Of a stretch of 64,000 bases of DNA, positions 1 to 9,885 are shown piece by piece. A model generated the notes under the pieces. That model was not told the DNA's origin and did no database searches. It saw only the letters and a program-made list of their open reading frames with translations. Each line of letters begins with the position of its first letter. The first letter of the stretch is position 1. A program made the position numbers and the translations under genes. Source of the stretch: a bacterium (lineage in GTDB: Bacteria; Bacillota_I; Bacilli_A; RF39; UBA660); the NCBI GenBank assembly GCA_030524925.1, contig JAUNFS010000003.1, positions 2,146 to 66,145 on the forward strand, in the 5' to 3' direction.

Positions 1-955
1 CAATGGTATCTATTATTTTGATAAATGATGTGAAGTTTACTCTTGCATAATAGTTTACTTCGGTATCTAAAAGGTTACCTACAGTCTTAGCACTTTCTAA
101 GACACCATAAATACCGGCATGGGTTAACTTGTCTTTAGCGTTTTTACTATTTAAAGTTACATAATAGTCTCTTGGAATACTAATTATTAAGATTTTGCCA
201 CTTTTAGGATTTACAACAGCTGCTAGGTTAACATCACTTCTTGCTGATTTATTTACTTTACCACTTGTATCAATTCCACTTAAGTAAACTACAAAAGGCT
301 TCTTTGTCACATTTACTTCATTTAATTCACTTTCAGTTTTAATTTTTAAATCTATGCTTTCAAGATTTCTTATTTGATTTTCAATGTGATGATCTTCTAG
401 ATAAATATCCATTAAGCTGGAGTTGATATAAAGCCCTTCAGTTTCTTCATTTAGTAAAGAATTTACGGCATCATCTATATTAGTGTATTTTTTTTCTTTA
501 AAAGTTAGTTTCCTTTCAAGTTCCTTGATGGAAGAAGCAAATTCTTCTTCACCATTATCATATAGTGCTATTTTTTGATTTTTTAGCTCACTGATTTTTG
601 AATAGTCACTATTATTTAGGACATAAAGCTCGTAAGTTTCTGTTCTTTGCCCGTTATCAAAAATGTTGTTAAAAAAGGAAATTGTACCAAAAGCGTAGTT
701 AATTCCAATAATCATGATAATTATTAATATTATGCTAAAAAAGGAACTAACTAATTTAGTAAATAAACAAGTCTTGCGACATAATTTCTTAACAAGAAAG
801 AATATAATAATACTAAGTAATACGGTTCCAGGTATAAAATATTTAAGTGGTATAATATTAAAATAGATTAAGACAGAAAGTGCTAAAACAGTTACGATTA
901 CTAAGATAAGTGCTAGCACATGATAAAATTTGTCTTTTTTCTTTTTTTGTTTCAT
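1..955 (-). CDS. LCP (LytR/CpsA/Psr) family cell-envelope protein, 3' end outside window
   Basis: Own translation of the minus strand. ATG at 955 follows a GAGGT Shine-Dalgarno (SD). MKQKKKKDKFYHVLALILV... gives N-terminal TM segments, then ...SDVNLAAVVNPKSGKILIISIPRDYYV...LTHAGIYG, the LCP core. Absent from the ORF track because it runs off the window. Confidence 0.75.
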   Translation of the reverse strand, partial: MKQKKKKDKFYHVLALILVIVTVLALSVLIYFNIIPLKYFIPGTVLLSIIIFFLVKKLCRKTCLFTKLVSSFFSIILIIIMIIGINYAFGTISFFNNIFDNGQRTETYELYVLNNSDYSKISELKNQKIALYDNGEEEFASSIKELERKLTFKEKKYTNIDDAVNSLLNEETEGLYINSSLMDIYLEDHHIENQIRNLESIDLKIKTESELNEVNVTKKPFVVYLSGIDTSGKVNKSARSDVNLAAVVNPKSGKILIISIPRDYYVTLNSKNAKDKLTHAGIYGVLESAKTVGNLLDTEVNYYARVNFTSFIKIIDTI

Positions 956-1037
956 ATAAACAACCTCAAAGAAATCATATCATATTATAAAAAAAATAGG
1001 TTATTTTTGTAAATAAAACCTATTTTATTTGACATAA

Positions 1038-2369
1038 CTATTTTGATATAGTTTTTGTTTGCGGAGCACCATAAGTTACTCCAAGAGTAATTTCTGTTAG
1101 TTCTAACATTTGATTATATAGACCATCTATTTCGTTAATTTTTTTATTAACGCTATCATAAAATTTGTCTCCGTAAGCTACTCGTTGATCTATTATTTTC
1201 TTTAAGTCTTCTCTTTCCCAAGCCGCTCTAGAATATAAGCCACCATCCATATCTTTACGATAGCTTGTAAACATTTTTTCTTTATTACTTTTATAAAGTT
1301 CATTTTCGCTTGAAACGTTTGCATTGCGCCAAGTATCAAGAATAAAATATTCTTTACTAATCCAATCATCTTGGATACAGTCTATGTCAGCTATATCAGT
1401 GACAGTTGTCTTGTTGTTATTTTCTTGGTAAGCCTCAAAATTTACTCCAAGAGTAGTTTCCGTCAATTCTACCATCTTATTATATAGCCCATCTATCTCA
1501 TCAACCATATTTTGAATCTTATCATCGTCATATAAAGCTGGAATATCTAGCATATTTCTAAGTTTTTCTCTTTTAGCACTTACTCTTACACGCATGCCAC
1601 TATTTATTTCGCTTTCACCAATATTAAATAAAGCTTCTTTAGTGCTTTTATAAGGTTCATTTTCAACCGAAACTTTTGTCCTGTCCCATTCATCAAAGAC
1701 AAAAAAATCTTTTTTATCCCATTCTTCTTGTTTTGCGTCTATTGTACGTTCTAATTCAGTTTTTTCTGCATCTTTTGGTTCATTTACCTCGTCTTTGTTT
1801 TCATTATTTGATAATGGAGTTTGTTCATTTTGAGGAATAATTCCAAAGACATGTAGTTTTGATAGTGGTACCCAAAGAGAAATTTCCATTCCTGGATATA
1901 TTTTATTTGGATTATCTATATCATTATTTTTGCAAATACTTTTTACTTCTTCTTGGATTTTAGCATTTGAATCACAGTAAAGTGATGCGATTGCTGATAA
2001 ATTATCCCCATTTTCAACCGTATACACTACTCTTTGTTTTTCTTCTTCTACTACATTTACAATACCAGTTGGGTCATCTACTATCTTTTTATCTTTTCCT
2101 TGGGATAATGAACAGCCAGTCATACTAGTAAGCATAATAGTGCCAGCTAGAATTCCTGCTGTAACTCTTTTTAATTTTTGTTTGTTATAAATTGCTACGG
2201 TACCAAACTTTGCTACAAACTGTTTAAAGTTATCTCTGTACCCTGCGATAATTGATTTTTTAGGAATTTTGTTTAAAGTTTCGTTATAAACTGTTATTTT
2301 GCCGCTGGCATTAATTCCTTCAATTGTTCCGTTTACTTTAAAATTTTCTGATGTTTTCATACGACTCAC
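1038..2369 (-). CDS. LysM-domain envelope protein with an internal ~100-aa tandem duplication
   Basis: TM segment ending ...MLTSMTGC. LysM-like block YTVENGDNLSAIASLY...IYPGMEISLWVP. Two paralogous C-terminal repeats, each ending EIDGLYN(K/Q)M(V/L)ELTE.TLGV. Confidence 0.7.
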   Translation of the reverse strand: MSRMKTSENFKVNGTIEGINASGKITVYNETLNKIPKKSIIAGYRDNFKQFVAKFGTVAIYNKQKLKRVTAGILAGTIMLTSMTGCSLSQGKDKKIVDDPTGIVNVVEEEKQRVVYTVENGDNLSAIASLYCDSNAKIQEEVKSICKNNDIDNPNKIYPGMEISLWVPLSKLHVFGIIPQNEQTPLSNNENKDEVNEPKDAEKTELERTIDAKQEEWDKKDFFVFDEWDRTKVSVENEPYKSTKEALFNIGESEINSGMRVRVSAKREKLRNMLDIPALYDDDKIQNMVDEIDGLYNKMVELTETTLGVNFEAYQENNNKTTVTDIADIDCIQDDWISKEYFILDTWRNANVSSENELYKSNKEKMFTSYRKDMDGGLYSRAAWEREDLKKIIDQRVAYGDKFYDSVNKKINEIDGLYNQMLELTEITLGVTYGAPQTKTISK

Positions 2370-2422
2370 CTATTATAAGTATATAATATTATTTTTTAAT
2401 TGGCAAATAAAACTGTAAAGCA

Positions 2423-3694
2423 CTATTTACCGAGAATACTTGCTGTTAGCACTAGATTATCAAGACCAGTTATTTTAACTTCTACAAGCTTATTATGTGG
2501 CATACTTTGATCTACTTTTACTCTTAGATAATTTGTGGTGTATCCATAAGTATAGCCGTCTTTTTCTTCTTCGGTTAAGATTTCCATAGTTTTACCAATA
2601 AACTTTTTTAAATATTCTTTTTCACACTCATCTGATAGCGCTAGTAATTTATGTGCTCTATTTTTTTTATCTTCTTCGGTTACAACATTTTTCATTTTGG
2701 CTGCAGCAGTGCCATCTCTTTTAGAGTATGGAAATACATGAATTTTACCAAATTTGATTTTACGAGCAATTTCTAAACTTTCTTCAAAGTCTTCTTTGGT
2801 TTCAGTTGGGAAACCTACGATAAAGTCAGTTGTAATATTGATACTAGGACGCACTTTTTTGATGTTATTAATTATTTCCATATATGTTTCAATATCATAT
2901 TTACGGTTCATCATTTTTAAAGTACGATTGCAAGTATTTTGAACTGGAATATGCATGTGGTCACAAAGCTTAGGATTAGTTTTTAGTTCTTCTAGAAATT
3001 CAGGTGTATTTATCTCAGTTATTTCAATACTGCTGATGCGAATTCTTTTGATAGTATCTATTTTACTAATTTCTTTAATTAATTTTACTAAATTTGGATA
3101 ACGTCCTGTATGAATACCGGTTAAAACAATTTCTTTAAAACCTTTTTGAGCTAAGGCTTTAATTTCATTTAGAGCTGTATCAAATTCTTTAAATCTAACA
3201 TTACCACGAACATAAGGAATAATACAGTATGAACAGTAATTATCACAACCATCTTCTATTTTAATAAAAGCTCTAGTTCTATCATAAGTACTATCAACTG
3301 TCATGTCTTCAAATTGTACATCAGTTAAATCATATATTTTTTGAATTTTTTCTTGGGTTTTTAAATATTCTTCTACTAATGATACAATCTTAGTTTTATC
3401 TTTATTTCCAAGCATTATATCTATTTCTAAATCTTTTAAGTCTTCTTTAGCATGCTGAGTATAACAGCCACAAACTACGATAATTGCATCTTTGTTCATT
3501 CTTTTGGCTTTTCTGATTATTTTACGGTCTTTAGCATCGCTTTGATTAGTTACACTACATGTATTAATAACAACAATGTCTGGACTTTCTTCTAGTGAAA
3601 CTATTTGATAATTACTATTTAAAAATAAGCTTTTTATTACTTCTGATTCGTAATAATTTACTTTACAACCTAATGTTTCTATTGCTACTTTCAT
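2423..3694 (-). CDS. mtaB: tRNA methylthiotransferase (MiaB-like, MtaB type), radical SAM
   Basis: MKVAIETLGCKVNYYESE N-terminal MTTase domain. CDNYCSYC radical-SAM CxxxCxxC. Size ~423 aa. ATG at 3694 follows AAGGGTGG; the track start at 3703 is a GTG inside the SD. Confidence 0.8.
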   Translation of the reverse strand: MKVAIETLGCKVNYYESEVIKSLFLNSNYQIVSLEESPDIVVINTCSVTNQSDAKDRKIIRKAKRMNKDAIIVVCGCYTQHAKEDLKDLEIDIMLGNKDKTKIVSLVEEYLKTQEKIQKIYDLTDVQFEDMTVDSTYDRTRAFIKIEDGCDNYCSYCIIPYVRGNVRFKEFDTALNEIKALAQKGFKEIVLTGIHTGRYPNLVKLIKEISKIDTIKRIRISSIEITEINTPEFLEELKTNPKLCDHMHIPVQNTCNRTLKMMNRKYDIETYMEIINNIKKVRPSINITTDFIVGFPTETKEDFEESLEIARKIKFGKIHVFPYSKRDGTAAAKMKNVVTEEDKKNRAHKLLALSDECEKEYLKKFIGKTMEILTEEEKDGYTYGYTTNYLRVKVDQSMPHNKLVEVKITGLDNLVLTASILGK

Positions 3695-3719
3695 TTGTAC
3701 CACCCTTTAAAAAAAGCCA

Positions 3720-4208
3720 TTAATGGCTTAAATCTTTTTGTAATTGTTTTAATGCCTTTAGAAAATCTTCTTCTTCTTCATATTCAAACATTTTAACATC
3801 TAGTTTTGGCATTTCTAAAGTATTTTCAGTTTTTTCAGAGTTTAAATCTATTTTCTTAACACTAATTTCAGTTATTGGACTACTATATTCATCATCATAG
3901 TTAATGAACATTTTGTCTTTGTTTTTAATTAGTTCGTCATAACTAATAATTGCATTATTTTCTTGTTCTTCTTCATATGATGTTAATTTGATAGTTTCAG
4001 GTTTGTAATTTTTTTCAATATTTTTACAAACTGCTTCAATATCAAAGCCATCTTTTTTTTGAGGGACTTCTTCTGTGTCATCACATTTAATTAAATAAAT
4101 AATATAAATAAATAAGACAATAAGTAGGAATGTTCCAATAAAGAAGAAATAATCTCCCATACTTAATGAATATATAAATCCTAATAAATTTTCTAAAACT
4201 TCTTTCAC
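3720..4208 (-). CDS. hypothetical single-pass membrane protein with acidic C-terminal region
   Basis: One N-terminal TM (FFFIGTFLLIVLFIYIIYLI). No recognisable motif. Tightly linked to mtaB. Confidence 0.45.
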   Translation of the reverse strand: MKEVLENLLGFIYSLSMGDYFFFIGTFLLIVLFIYIIYLIKCDDTEEVPQKKDGFDIEAVCKNIEKNYKPETIKLTSYEEEQENNAIISYDELIKNKDKMFINYDDEYSSPITEISVKKIDLNSEKTENTLEMPKLDVKMFEYEEEEDFLKALKQLQKDLSH

Positions 4209-4256
4209 TTTAAATCACCAAAATTTCTTTCTATTATACAATATTTTTTATTTTTT

Positions 4257-4952
4257 TCAACTTATAATAAGTATTAAACTTACAAAGTTATTTATTCCAT
4301 GAATTATCATTGGATAGTAGATGTTTTCTTCACTTGCATAGATGTATGCTAGAGTGCAGCCAATTGCTACATAAGGAATGCTTGTAACTAGTGCATACGT
4401 TAAGTCTAAATCAGTTGGAAAAATATGAAGAAAGCCAAATATAAGACCACTTAGTACTATAAATGCTATCTTATTATTAATTACTTTTTTTAATCCTAAT
4501 CTAAAGATGCCCTCTTCTACAACTGGTGTTGTAATACTGGTTGTAAAGAGCATAAGTAGTGGTGCTGCCTCAATATAGCTATTGATTACTTTTTGATTTT
4601 CGCTAACATCTAGTTCAAACCCTAGAAGTAAGCACAGTACACTTGAAATAATGCCACTTCCGATTTTTACGATTATAAAGATTACTAAATATTTAAATAT
4701 TTTATTAATAAATGTTTTTCCCTTTAGTTCAGATAAATTTTTTGTAAATGTCTTTTGATATACAATGAATATAACTGATGCCATAATAATCTCAGCTGTA
4801 GTTGATAAAACTACTAAATCTTTATAATTATTTATTGTAAAACCTAAATATTTAATAGCGGTTACTAGTAAGGTAGATAAGTAAAAAAACATTATTACAA
4901 CACCAATTAGTTTTATGATATTAATTATTTTTTCTTTCATTTTAAACCTCAC
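4257..4952 (-). CDS. CPBP family (CAAX-type) intramembrane glutamic endopeptidase
   Basis: Polytopic protein with the three CPBP motifs EEGIFRLG, FGFLHIF and HGINNF. Confidence 0.8.
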   Translation of the reverse strand: MRFKMKEKIINIIKLIGVVIMFFYLSTLLVTAIKYLGFTINNYKDLVVLSTTAEIIMASVIFIVYQKTFTKNLSELKGKTFINKIFKYLVIFIIVKIGSGIISSVLCLLLGFELDVSENQKVINSYIEAAPLLMLFTTSITTPVVEEGIFRLGLKKVINNKIAFIVLSGLIFGFLHIFPTDLDLTYALVTSIPYVAIGCTLAYIYASEENIYYPMIIHGINNFVSLILIIS

Positions 4953-5629
4953 ATTATATTACTATATAAGATGCCAGCTAGAAGCATGTATAAACTATAA
5001 GTTGTAACACTAACTATAATATTATTATTTTTACGATATATTAGTGCTAGTAATAAGAATAAGACAAATGATGGAATGCTGTTTATTATCATGTTTGGTA
5101 AGGTTCCACCAATTAGATATGCATGATAAACTGCTGCTGATAGACCTGAGATAATAATACTTGCATTGTAGTCAAATAATTTGTTTACTCCAAGAGCAAA
5201 TACGGTTACTTTTAGATAAGGTATTAAGATAATACTTTTAATAAATAATAAGATTAATGCTAAGTTGAATGGTCTATTAAATATATTAAAGAAGCTTACA
5301 GGTGTATAGTTTAAGTAAAAACTTTTACCGATAACTTTACATAGGTAATTAGTTATTAAAATAACGATAAATATAACTAAGAAAGCTACAAATGAGTAAA
5401 TAAAGTTACTTAAGAGTTTTCTTTTATATTTTTTTATGCCACTTTTTAGTTCGTCTTTATAAATTATATAAAAGCATATTGATATGATTAAATATACGAT
5501 AAATTCAGTAAATGTCTTACTTAGATGAATATTTAAAGTACCTAATAGTTTATTAAAATATTCTTCAGCAAAAAGTAAAACTACAAAACTTATTAATAAT
5601 TTAATTAAATTTACTAAAAAATCTTTCAT
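4949..5629 (-). CDS. polytopic membrane protein, possibly a degenerate CPBP paralogue
   Basis: ~6 TM segments. ATGA overlap with the downstream CPBP gene. No intact EExxxR/HxxxN motifs seen. Confidence 0.45.
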   Translation of the reverse strand: MKDFLVNLIKLLISFVVLLFAEEYFNKLLGTLNIHLSKTFTEFIVYLIISICFYIIYKDELKSGIKKYKRKLLSNFIYSFVAFLVIFIVILITNYLCKVIGKSFYLNYTPVSFFNIFNRPFNLALILLFIKSIILIPYLKVTVFALGVNKLFDYNASIIISGLSAAVYHAYLIGGTLPNMIINSIPSFVLFLLLALIYRKNNNIIVSVTTYSLYMLLAGILYSNIM

Positions 5630-5710
5630 ACTGCTCTCCTATTATTATTGTAATAAATAAATGTAAACTATTCAATTTTATTTTGTAAACTTTCAATCAA
5701 GTTGACGCAA

Positions 5711-6364
5711 TTAGACATTTACTAAATCGCTGTTCTTAATAATGTAAATTTTTTTATTTTTATAAAATGCATAGAAGACATTACTTAAATCTATGTCTTG
5801 TTTTCTTAGGTAGTTAGTTAGCCAAAATTTACTGTGTTTAATTTCTTTTAAAGTTTTATCTTGAATGACCCCATCTATTATGAGAGCTAATGGATAAGTA
5901 CTATTAGTTTTAAATATATTATATTTAAAGATACTTAATTTGCCGTTAGTTTCTAAGAAAGCATATTCTACGTCTTCTATGGATTTAATGTTATTTTGAC
6001 GCAAGCTTAGTAAGAGATCGTCAAGAGAATATCTTTGTTTAATCATTTCTTTATAGTTGATAATTCCTTTATTTATGATGATACTTGGTTTACCATCTAA
6101 AAGATTTCTAAACTTTCTTGATTTGACACTGATAAAAGCAAAGAGGATTTCTACCACAACTAAAATGGTTATGGGCGCTACAGTTAGTACTAGGGGTTCA
6201 TCTATATTTTCAATACTTATTGCTACTAATTCAGCTATTAAGATTGATACTATAAGGTCAATAACTCCTAACTGCCCTATTTCTCTTTTGCCCATTAGAC
6301 GATAACTAATCATGATGAAGAAATAAAAAAATAGTGTTCTATATACTGCAATAAATAGTTTCAT
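5711..6364 (-). CDS. DUF421 (YetF-like) membrane protein
   Basis: YRLMGKREIGQLGVIDLIVSILIAE is the signature N-terminal block of DUF421/YetF proteins. ATG at 6364 follows GGTGA; the track start is 6376. Confidence 0.7.
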   Translation of the reverse strand: MKLFIAVYRTLFFYFFIMISYRLMGKREIGQLGVIDLIVSILIAELVAISIENIDEPLVLTVAPITILVVVEILFAFISVKSRKFRNLLDGKPSIIINKGIINYKEMIKQRYSLDDLLLSLRQNNIKSIEDVEYAFLETNGKLSIFKYNIFKTNSTYPLALIIDGVIQDKTLKEIKHSKFWLTNYLRKQDIDLSNVFYAFYKNKKIYIIKNSDLVNV

Positions 6365-6430
6365 ATGGTTCACCAATTATATAATGGAGTATTTATTAAA
6401 AATTTATTCAAAAAAACTTTAAAAAAAGAT

Positions 6431-7243
6431 TTAGTTGTCTTTCTTTAAAGTTTTCTTAGGATTATAATTAATTATTAATATTTGATCTGGTGAAATATTT
6501 TCTTTAACTGTAAGATGTTTACTTGCTAGAGTATTTTTTACTCTTTTTAAATAGCCTAGATCTGTTTCCTTAGAATTTCTTTTGGGAATTTCATCATCTA
6601 AAAAGCTTGCCCTAGGAACTAATAATACAGAGGAATTTTCATTTTTAAATACTTGATAATATTTTTCAAAGAAGTCTAGTACTTTTTGGGCTTCTAAAAC
6701 ATCAAGGTGGTTATCTTTTATTAATTTTTCAACGTTGTGAAGGCATGCTTCGTAGTCTCTATTTCTAAATGCTTCTTTATCATAATGATTTCTTTCCATA
6801 CCACCAGTTGTAAAGTGTAAAAACCATGATGGTGATGATACAGCATAATAAGCAGAAGACGCGATGGTTTCTGATAAATAAATTGGCGTTTTTTGTTCTC
6901 CTTGATATAAGCCAAAAATATTTTGCTTGCCATGATTACTAAATATCGTGCGAATTTCTTCTAGTTCGGTTAAAGACCAGGGTTTATTTTCTAGTATTAA
7001 ACCATTTTCACTTATTGAGGTTTCAAAAGCCCCATTAAAGGTATGAAATAAGTAGCCTTCTAAAAAATAGTTTTGAATAATCTCATTTACTTTAACGCCT
7101 TTTTGCAAAGCAAAGTTTGCTACACATTCAAAATAGTCATCATCGTGATATCTAAACTGTTCATCTTTTTCTAACTTTTCTTTTAAAATATTAGTTAGTT
7201 CTTCAAGATGCTCTTCACTTCTAGTCATTAAATAATACATCAA
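6431..7243 (-). CDS. hypothetical cytoplasmic protein; true start probably further upstream
   Basis: Long ORF with coding-like composition and no known motif. The frame stays open upstream to a TAAGGAGGG SD at 7337-7345 (see finding). Confidence 0.5.
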   Translation of the reverse strand: MMYYLMTRSEEHLEELTNILKEKLEKDEQFRYHDDDYFECVANFALQKGVKVNEIIQNYFLEGYLFHTFNGAFETSISENGLILENKPWSLTELEEIRTIFSNHGKQNIFGLYQGEQKTPIYLSETIASSAYYAVSSPSWFLHFTTGGMERNHYDKEAFRNRDYEACLHNVEKLIKDNHLDVLEAQKVLDFFEKYYQVFKNENSSVLLVPRASFLDDEIPKRNSKETDLGYLKRVKNTLASKHLTVKENISPDQILIINYNPKKTLKKDN

Positions 7244-7431
7244 TACTAAAGATTTTAATTTTAGTTCTTTTTCTAATTTTAGATTGCATTTTACTTTACT
7301 TAAAATGTGATTAATATTTTCTTTAATAAAAATCAGCCCTCCTTAGTACTACTTCTTTAATTTATCATTTTTGGTTCTTAAAATCAATCATACATCTTTT
7401 TATTATAAGTAAATTATGGTATGATATTTGT

Positions 7432-9051
7432 ATGAATAAGATAATGTTTAAGATAAGTTCAAATGTATTATTTGCTCAAATTTTAAATAAAGATATGCCA
7501 AAAGAGGATTTAAATAAAACTAATATCATTGATACTAGAGAGTTAGTTTTCAGTGAATATTATATTAAACAAAACCTTGATTTAGTATCTTCTTTTTTGA
7601 ATGTAATAATTATTAAAAGAAAACTTAGTAAGGTTATTGTTAAGGATTTTGAAATAATTGGACCAGTTTTAGATATTATCAGAAGTATTCCAAATATTAA
7701 AGAGCTTTCAGTAGTTCCTGATGTTTTAATTAATTATGATACTTTTTTAAAACTTTTAGAAAATAATTATTTAGAAAAAATAGATTGTTATGATTTTCCA
7801 AAGATACTTTTAGATAGATTAGATGTTAATAAAAATATTGAGGTAAAAACAAGAACGGAAATTCTTTTTGTTAGTAATTTCATGAAAATAAATAATTTAA
7901 ATACCTACTCCGATATTTACTATAAGAAAAGTATTGTTATAACTAACCCATTTAAAAAAGAAGATCTAGATGATTATATAACTTTTATCAAAATTAATAA
8001 TCATTTAAAGGAGATTGATTTTAAGGATTTTGATCAAGATGCGTTTTTTAATATAATGAATATTTTACTTTTAAATAGTAAAAAGAATATTAAAGTTATT
8101 CTTCATGATTTTAATAATTTAAATGAGGTAATTAATAATGTATCTAAGTTTAAAAAAGAAAATGAAAAGAAACTTATTGAAAATAATATTAACTTTAAAA
8201 TTAATTACAGTGATGAATATAAAAAGAATAATTTCTTAAAGCAGTTGAATCTTAATTTTTTAAAAATTTCTTTAGGCGGGGTTATTATTGTTTTACTAAT
8301 AATGATTGGCATTAATTACTATAAAAATTATGTAGATGAGCAAAATTATCTAGGCATTGAAAATAACTTAAAGGAGATTATTAAGAATAATCAAGCTGAG
8401 AAGGAAGAAGTTCCAGATATTGATATTATTGAGCCTGATGAAAATGATACAACTACTACTAGTAAAACAACAACGGTGTATGATATTCAGTATGAGAAAG
8501 TATTTTCTTCTTTACTTGAAATAAATAAAGATACAACTGGCTGGATCACAGTAAACAATACAAAGATTGATTATCCAGTTGTTCAAGCTAAAGATAATGA
8601 TTATTATTTAAAGAGAGATTATAATGGTGTTAAAAATAGACACGGATGGATTTTTATGGATTATCGTAATAATATTGATGAACTTGATGAAAACACGATT
8701 ATTTACGGACATAATCTAGCAAATCAAACAATGTTTGGAACTTTAAGATATGCTTTAAATCAAGGTTGGTATACAAAAAGTAAAAATCAAGTGATTACAT
8801 TTAATACATTAAAAAGTAATATGAAATGGCAGATATTTTCAGTATATACAATACCAGTAACAAATGATTATTTAGATGTTACTTTTGCTACTGCTGAACA
8901 ATATCAAAGCTTTATTGATATGATTACTGCTAGAAGTATTTATGACTTTCAGCAAACTGTTACTACTAATGATAAGATTTTAACTTTATCTACATGTGCT
9001 AATGGTCATGATAATAGATTAGTAGTTCATGCTAAATTAATCCAAGAATAA
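7432..9051 (+). CDS. srtB: class B sortase with a ~270-aa N-terminal cytoplasmic extension
   Basis: C-terminal 240 aa: TTGWITVNNTKIDYPVVQ, IIYGHN (His), LTLSTC (Cys), NRLVVHAKL (Arg). TM at LGGVIIVLLIMIGINYY. The N-terminal domain is repeat-like and of unknown function. Confidence 0.8.
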   Translation: MNKIMFKISSNVLFAQILNKDMPKEDLNKTNIIDTRELVFSEYYIKQNLDLVSSFLNVIIIKRKLSKVIVKDFEIIGPVLDIIRSIPNIKELSVVPDVLINYDTFLKLLENNYLEKIDCYDFPKILLDRLDVNKNIEVKTRTEILFVSNFMKINNLNTYSDIYYKKSIVITNPFKKEDLDDYITFIKINNHLKEIDFKDFDQDAFFNIMNILLLNSKKNIKVILHDFNNLNEVINNVSKFKKENEKKLIENNINFKINYSDEYKKNNFLKQLNLNFLKISLGGVIIVLLIMIGINYYKNYVDEQNYLGIENNLKEIIKNNQAEKEEVPDIDIIEPDENDTTTTSKTTTVYDIQYEKVFSSLLEINKDTTGWITVNNTKIDYPVVQAKDNDYYLKRDYNGVKNRHGWIFMDYRNNIDELDENTIIYGHNLANQTMFGTLRYALNQGWYTKSKNQVITFNTLKSNMKWQIFSVYTIPVTNDYLDVTFATAEQYQSFIDMITARSIYDFQQTVTTNDKILTLSTCANGHDNRLVVHAKLIQE

Positions 9052-9058
9052 AGGAGCC

Positions 9059-9859
9059 CTAAGCTCCTTTTTGATTTTCTTTGATTACTTCCAAGATTGC
9101 ACGCATTTGTCGATACTCTTCTAAAGTAAACATATCATTATCATTTTTCTTTTCAACCACAACGTATTCTATTTTTGGTTCTGGTTTTGGTTCTTCTTTA
9201 ATAATTGGCATTTCAATTGTTTCTTCTTTAGGTATTACGATTTTTTTCGGCATTTCAATTTCTTCTACTACTTCTTTAACTTTTGTTTTGTCATTTTTAT
9301 TTAAGAAGTAATTAATTATTTTAATTAATATTAGTGATATAATCCATAAAGCAAAGATACCAACACTTACTTCAAATAAAATCATTAAATGATCATTTGA
9401 ATAAATACTTATTTTACTTGCTAAATCAACTTCATTATTATCAATTTCATCTAATATTAAGAAGAATAAATACATATTAGCAGTAAAAACAATAGAATTA
9501 TAAACTCTTATATTACTTTTAATTTTTTTATTTGCTAAGCTATAAATTAGGATACCTAAACTAATTACAAGCATTATTATGTAATTTAGTACTGAAGGAA
9601 AATAAATCATTGTAACAATATTTTTTGATATTGTATTAAATATTTCTAAAATTGAGTCATAGTACATGTATATTAGTATTCCAATAATTATGATACTGAT
9701 AAATGTATATAACCATTTGGTAGTTTTATCTTTTTTATATATAAACTTAATATCTATGATGATTAGTATTAAACCAAATAATAGCACTAAAAAAAGAGGT
9801 GATGAAAAAATCAAACTAAAAATAGTTTTAACTTTTTCTAGTAAAGTAAACTCTACCAT
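9059..9859 (-). CDS. polytopic membrane protein with Glu/Lys/Pro-rich C-terminal tail
   Basis: 5-6 TM segments followed by EEIEMPKKIVIPKEETIEMPIIKEEPKPEPK. No known motif. Confidence 0.45.
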   Translation of the reverse strand: MVEFTLLEKVKTIFSLIFSSPLFLVLLFGLILIIIDIKFIYKKDKTTKWLYTFISIIIIGILIYMYYDSILEIFNTISKNIVTMIYFPSVLNYIIMLVISLGILIYSLANKKIKSNIRVYNSIVFTANMYLFFLILDEIDNNEVDLASKISIYSNDHLMILFEVSVGIFALWIISLILIKIINYFLNKNDKTKVKEVVEEIEMPKKIVIPKEETIEMPIIKEEPKPEPKIEYVVVEKKNDNDMFTLEEYRQMRAILEVIKENQKGA

Positions 9860-9885
9860 TTTATCACCTCTTCCCCTTTTTATTC

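Noticed and set aside
6057-6933. Track ORFs 6057-6305 (+) and 6721-6933 (-)
   Set aside because: The first is antisense to the DUF421 gene. The second is an alternative frame inside the 270-aa ORF. Neither has an SD or a motif.
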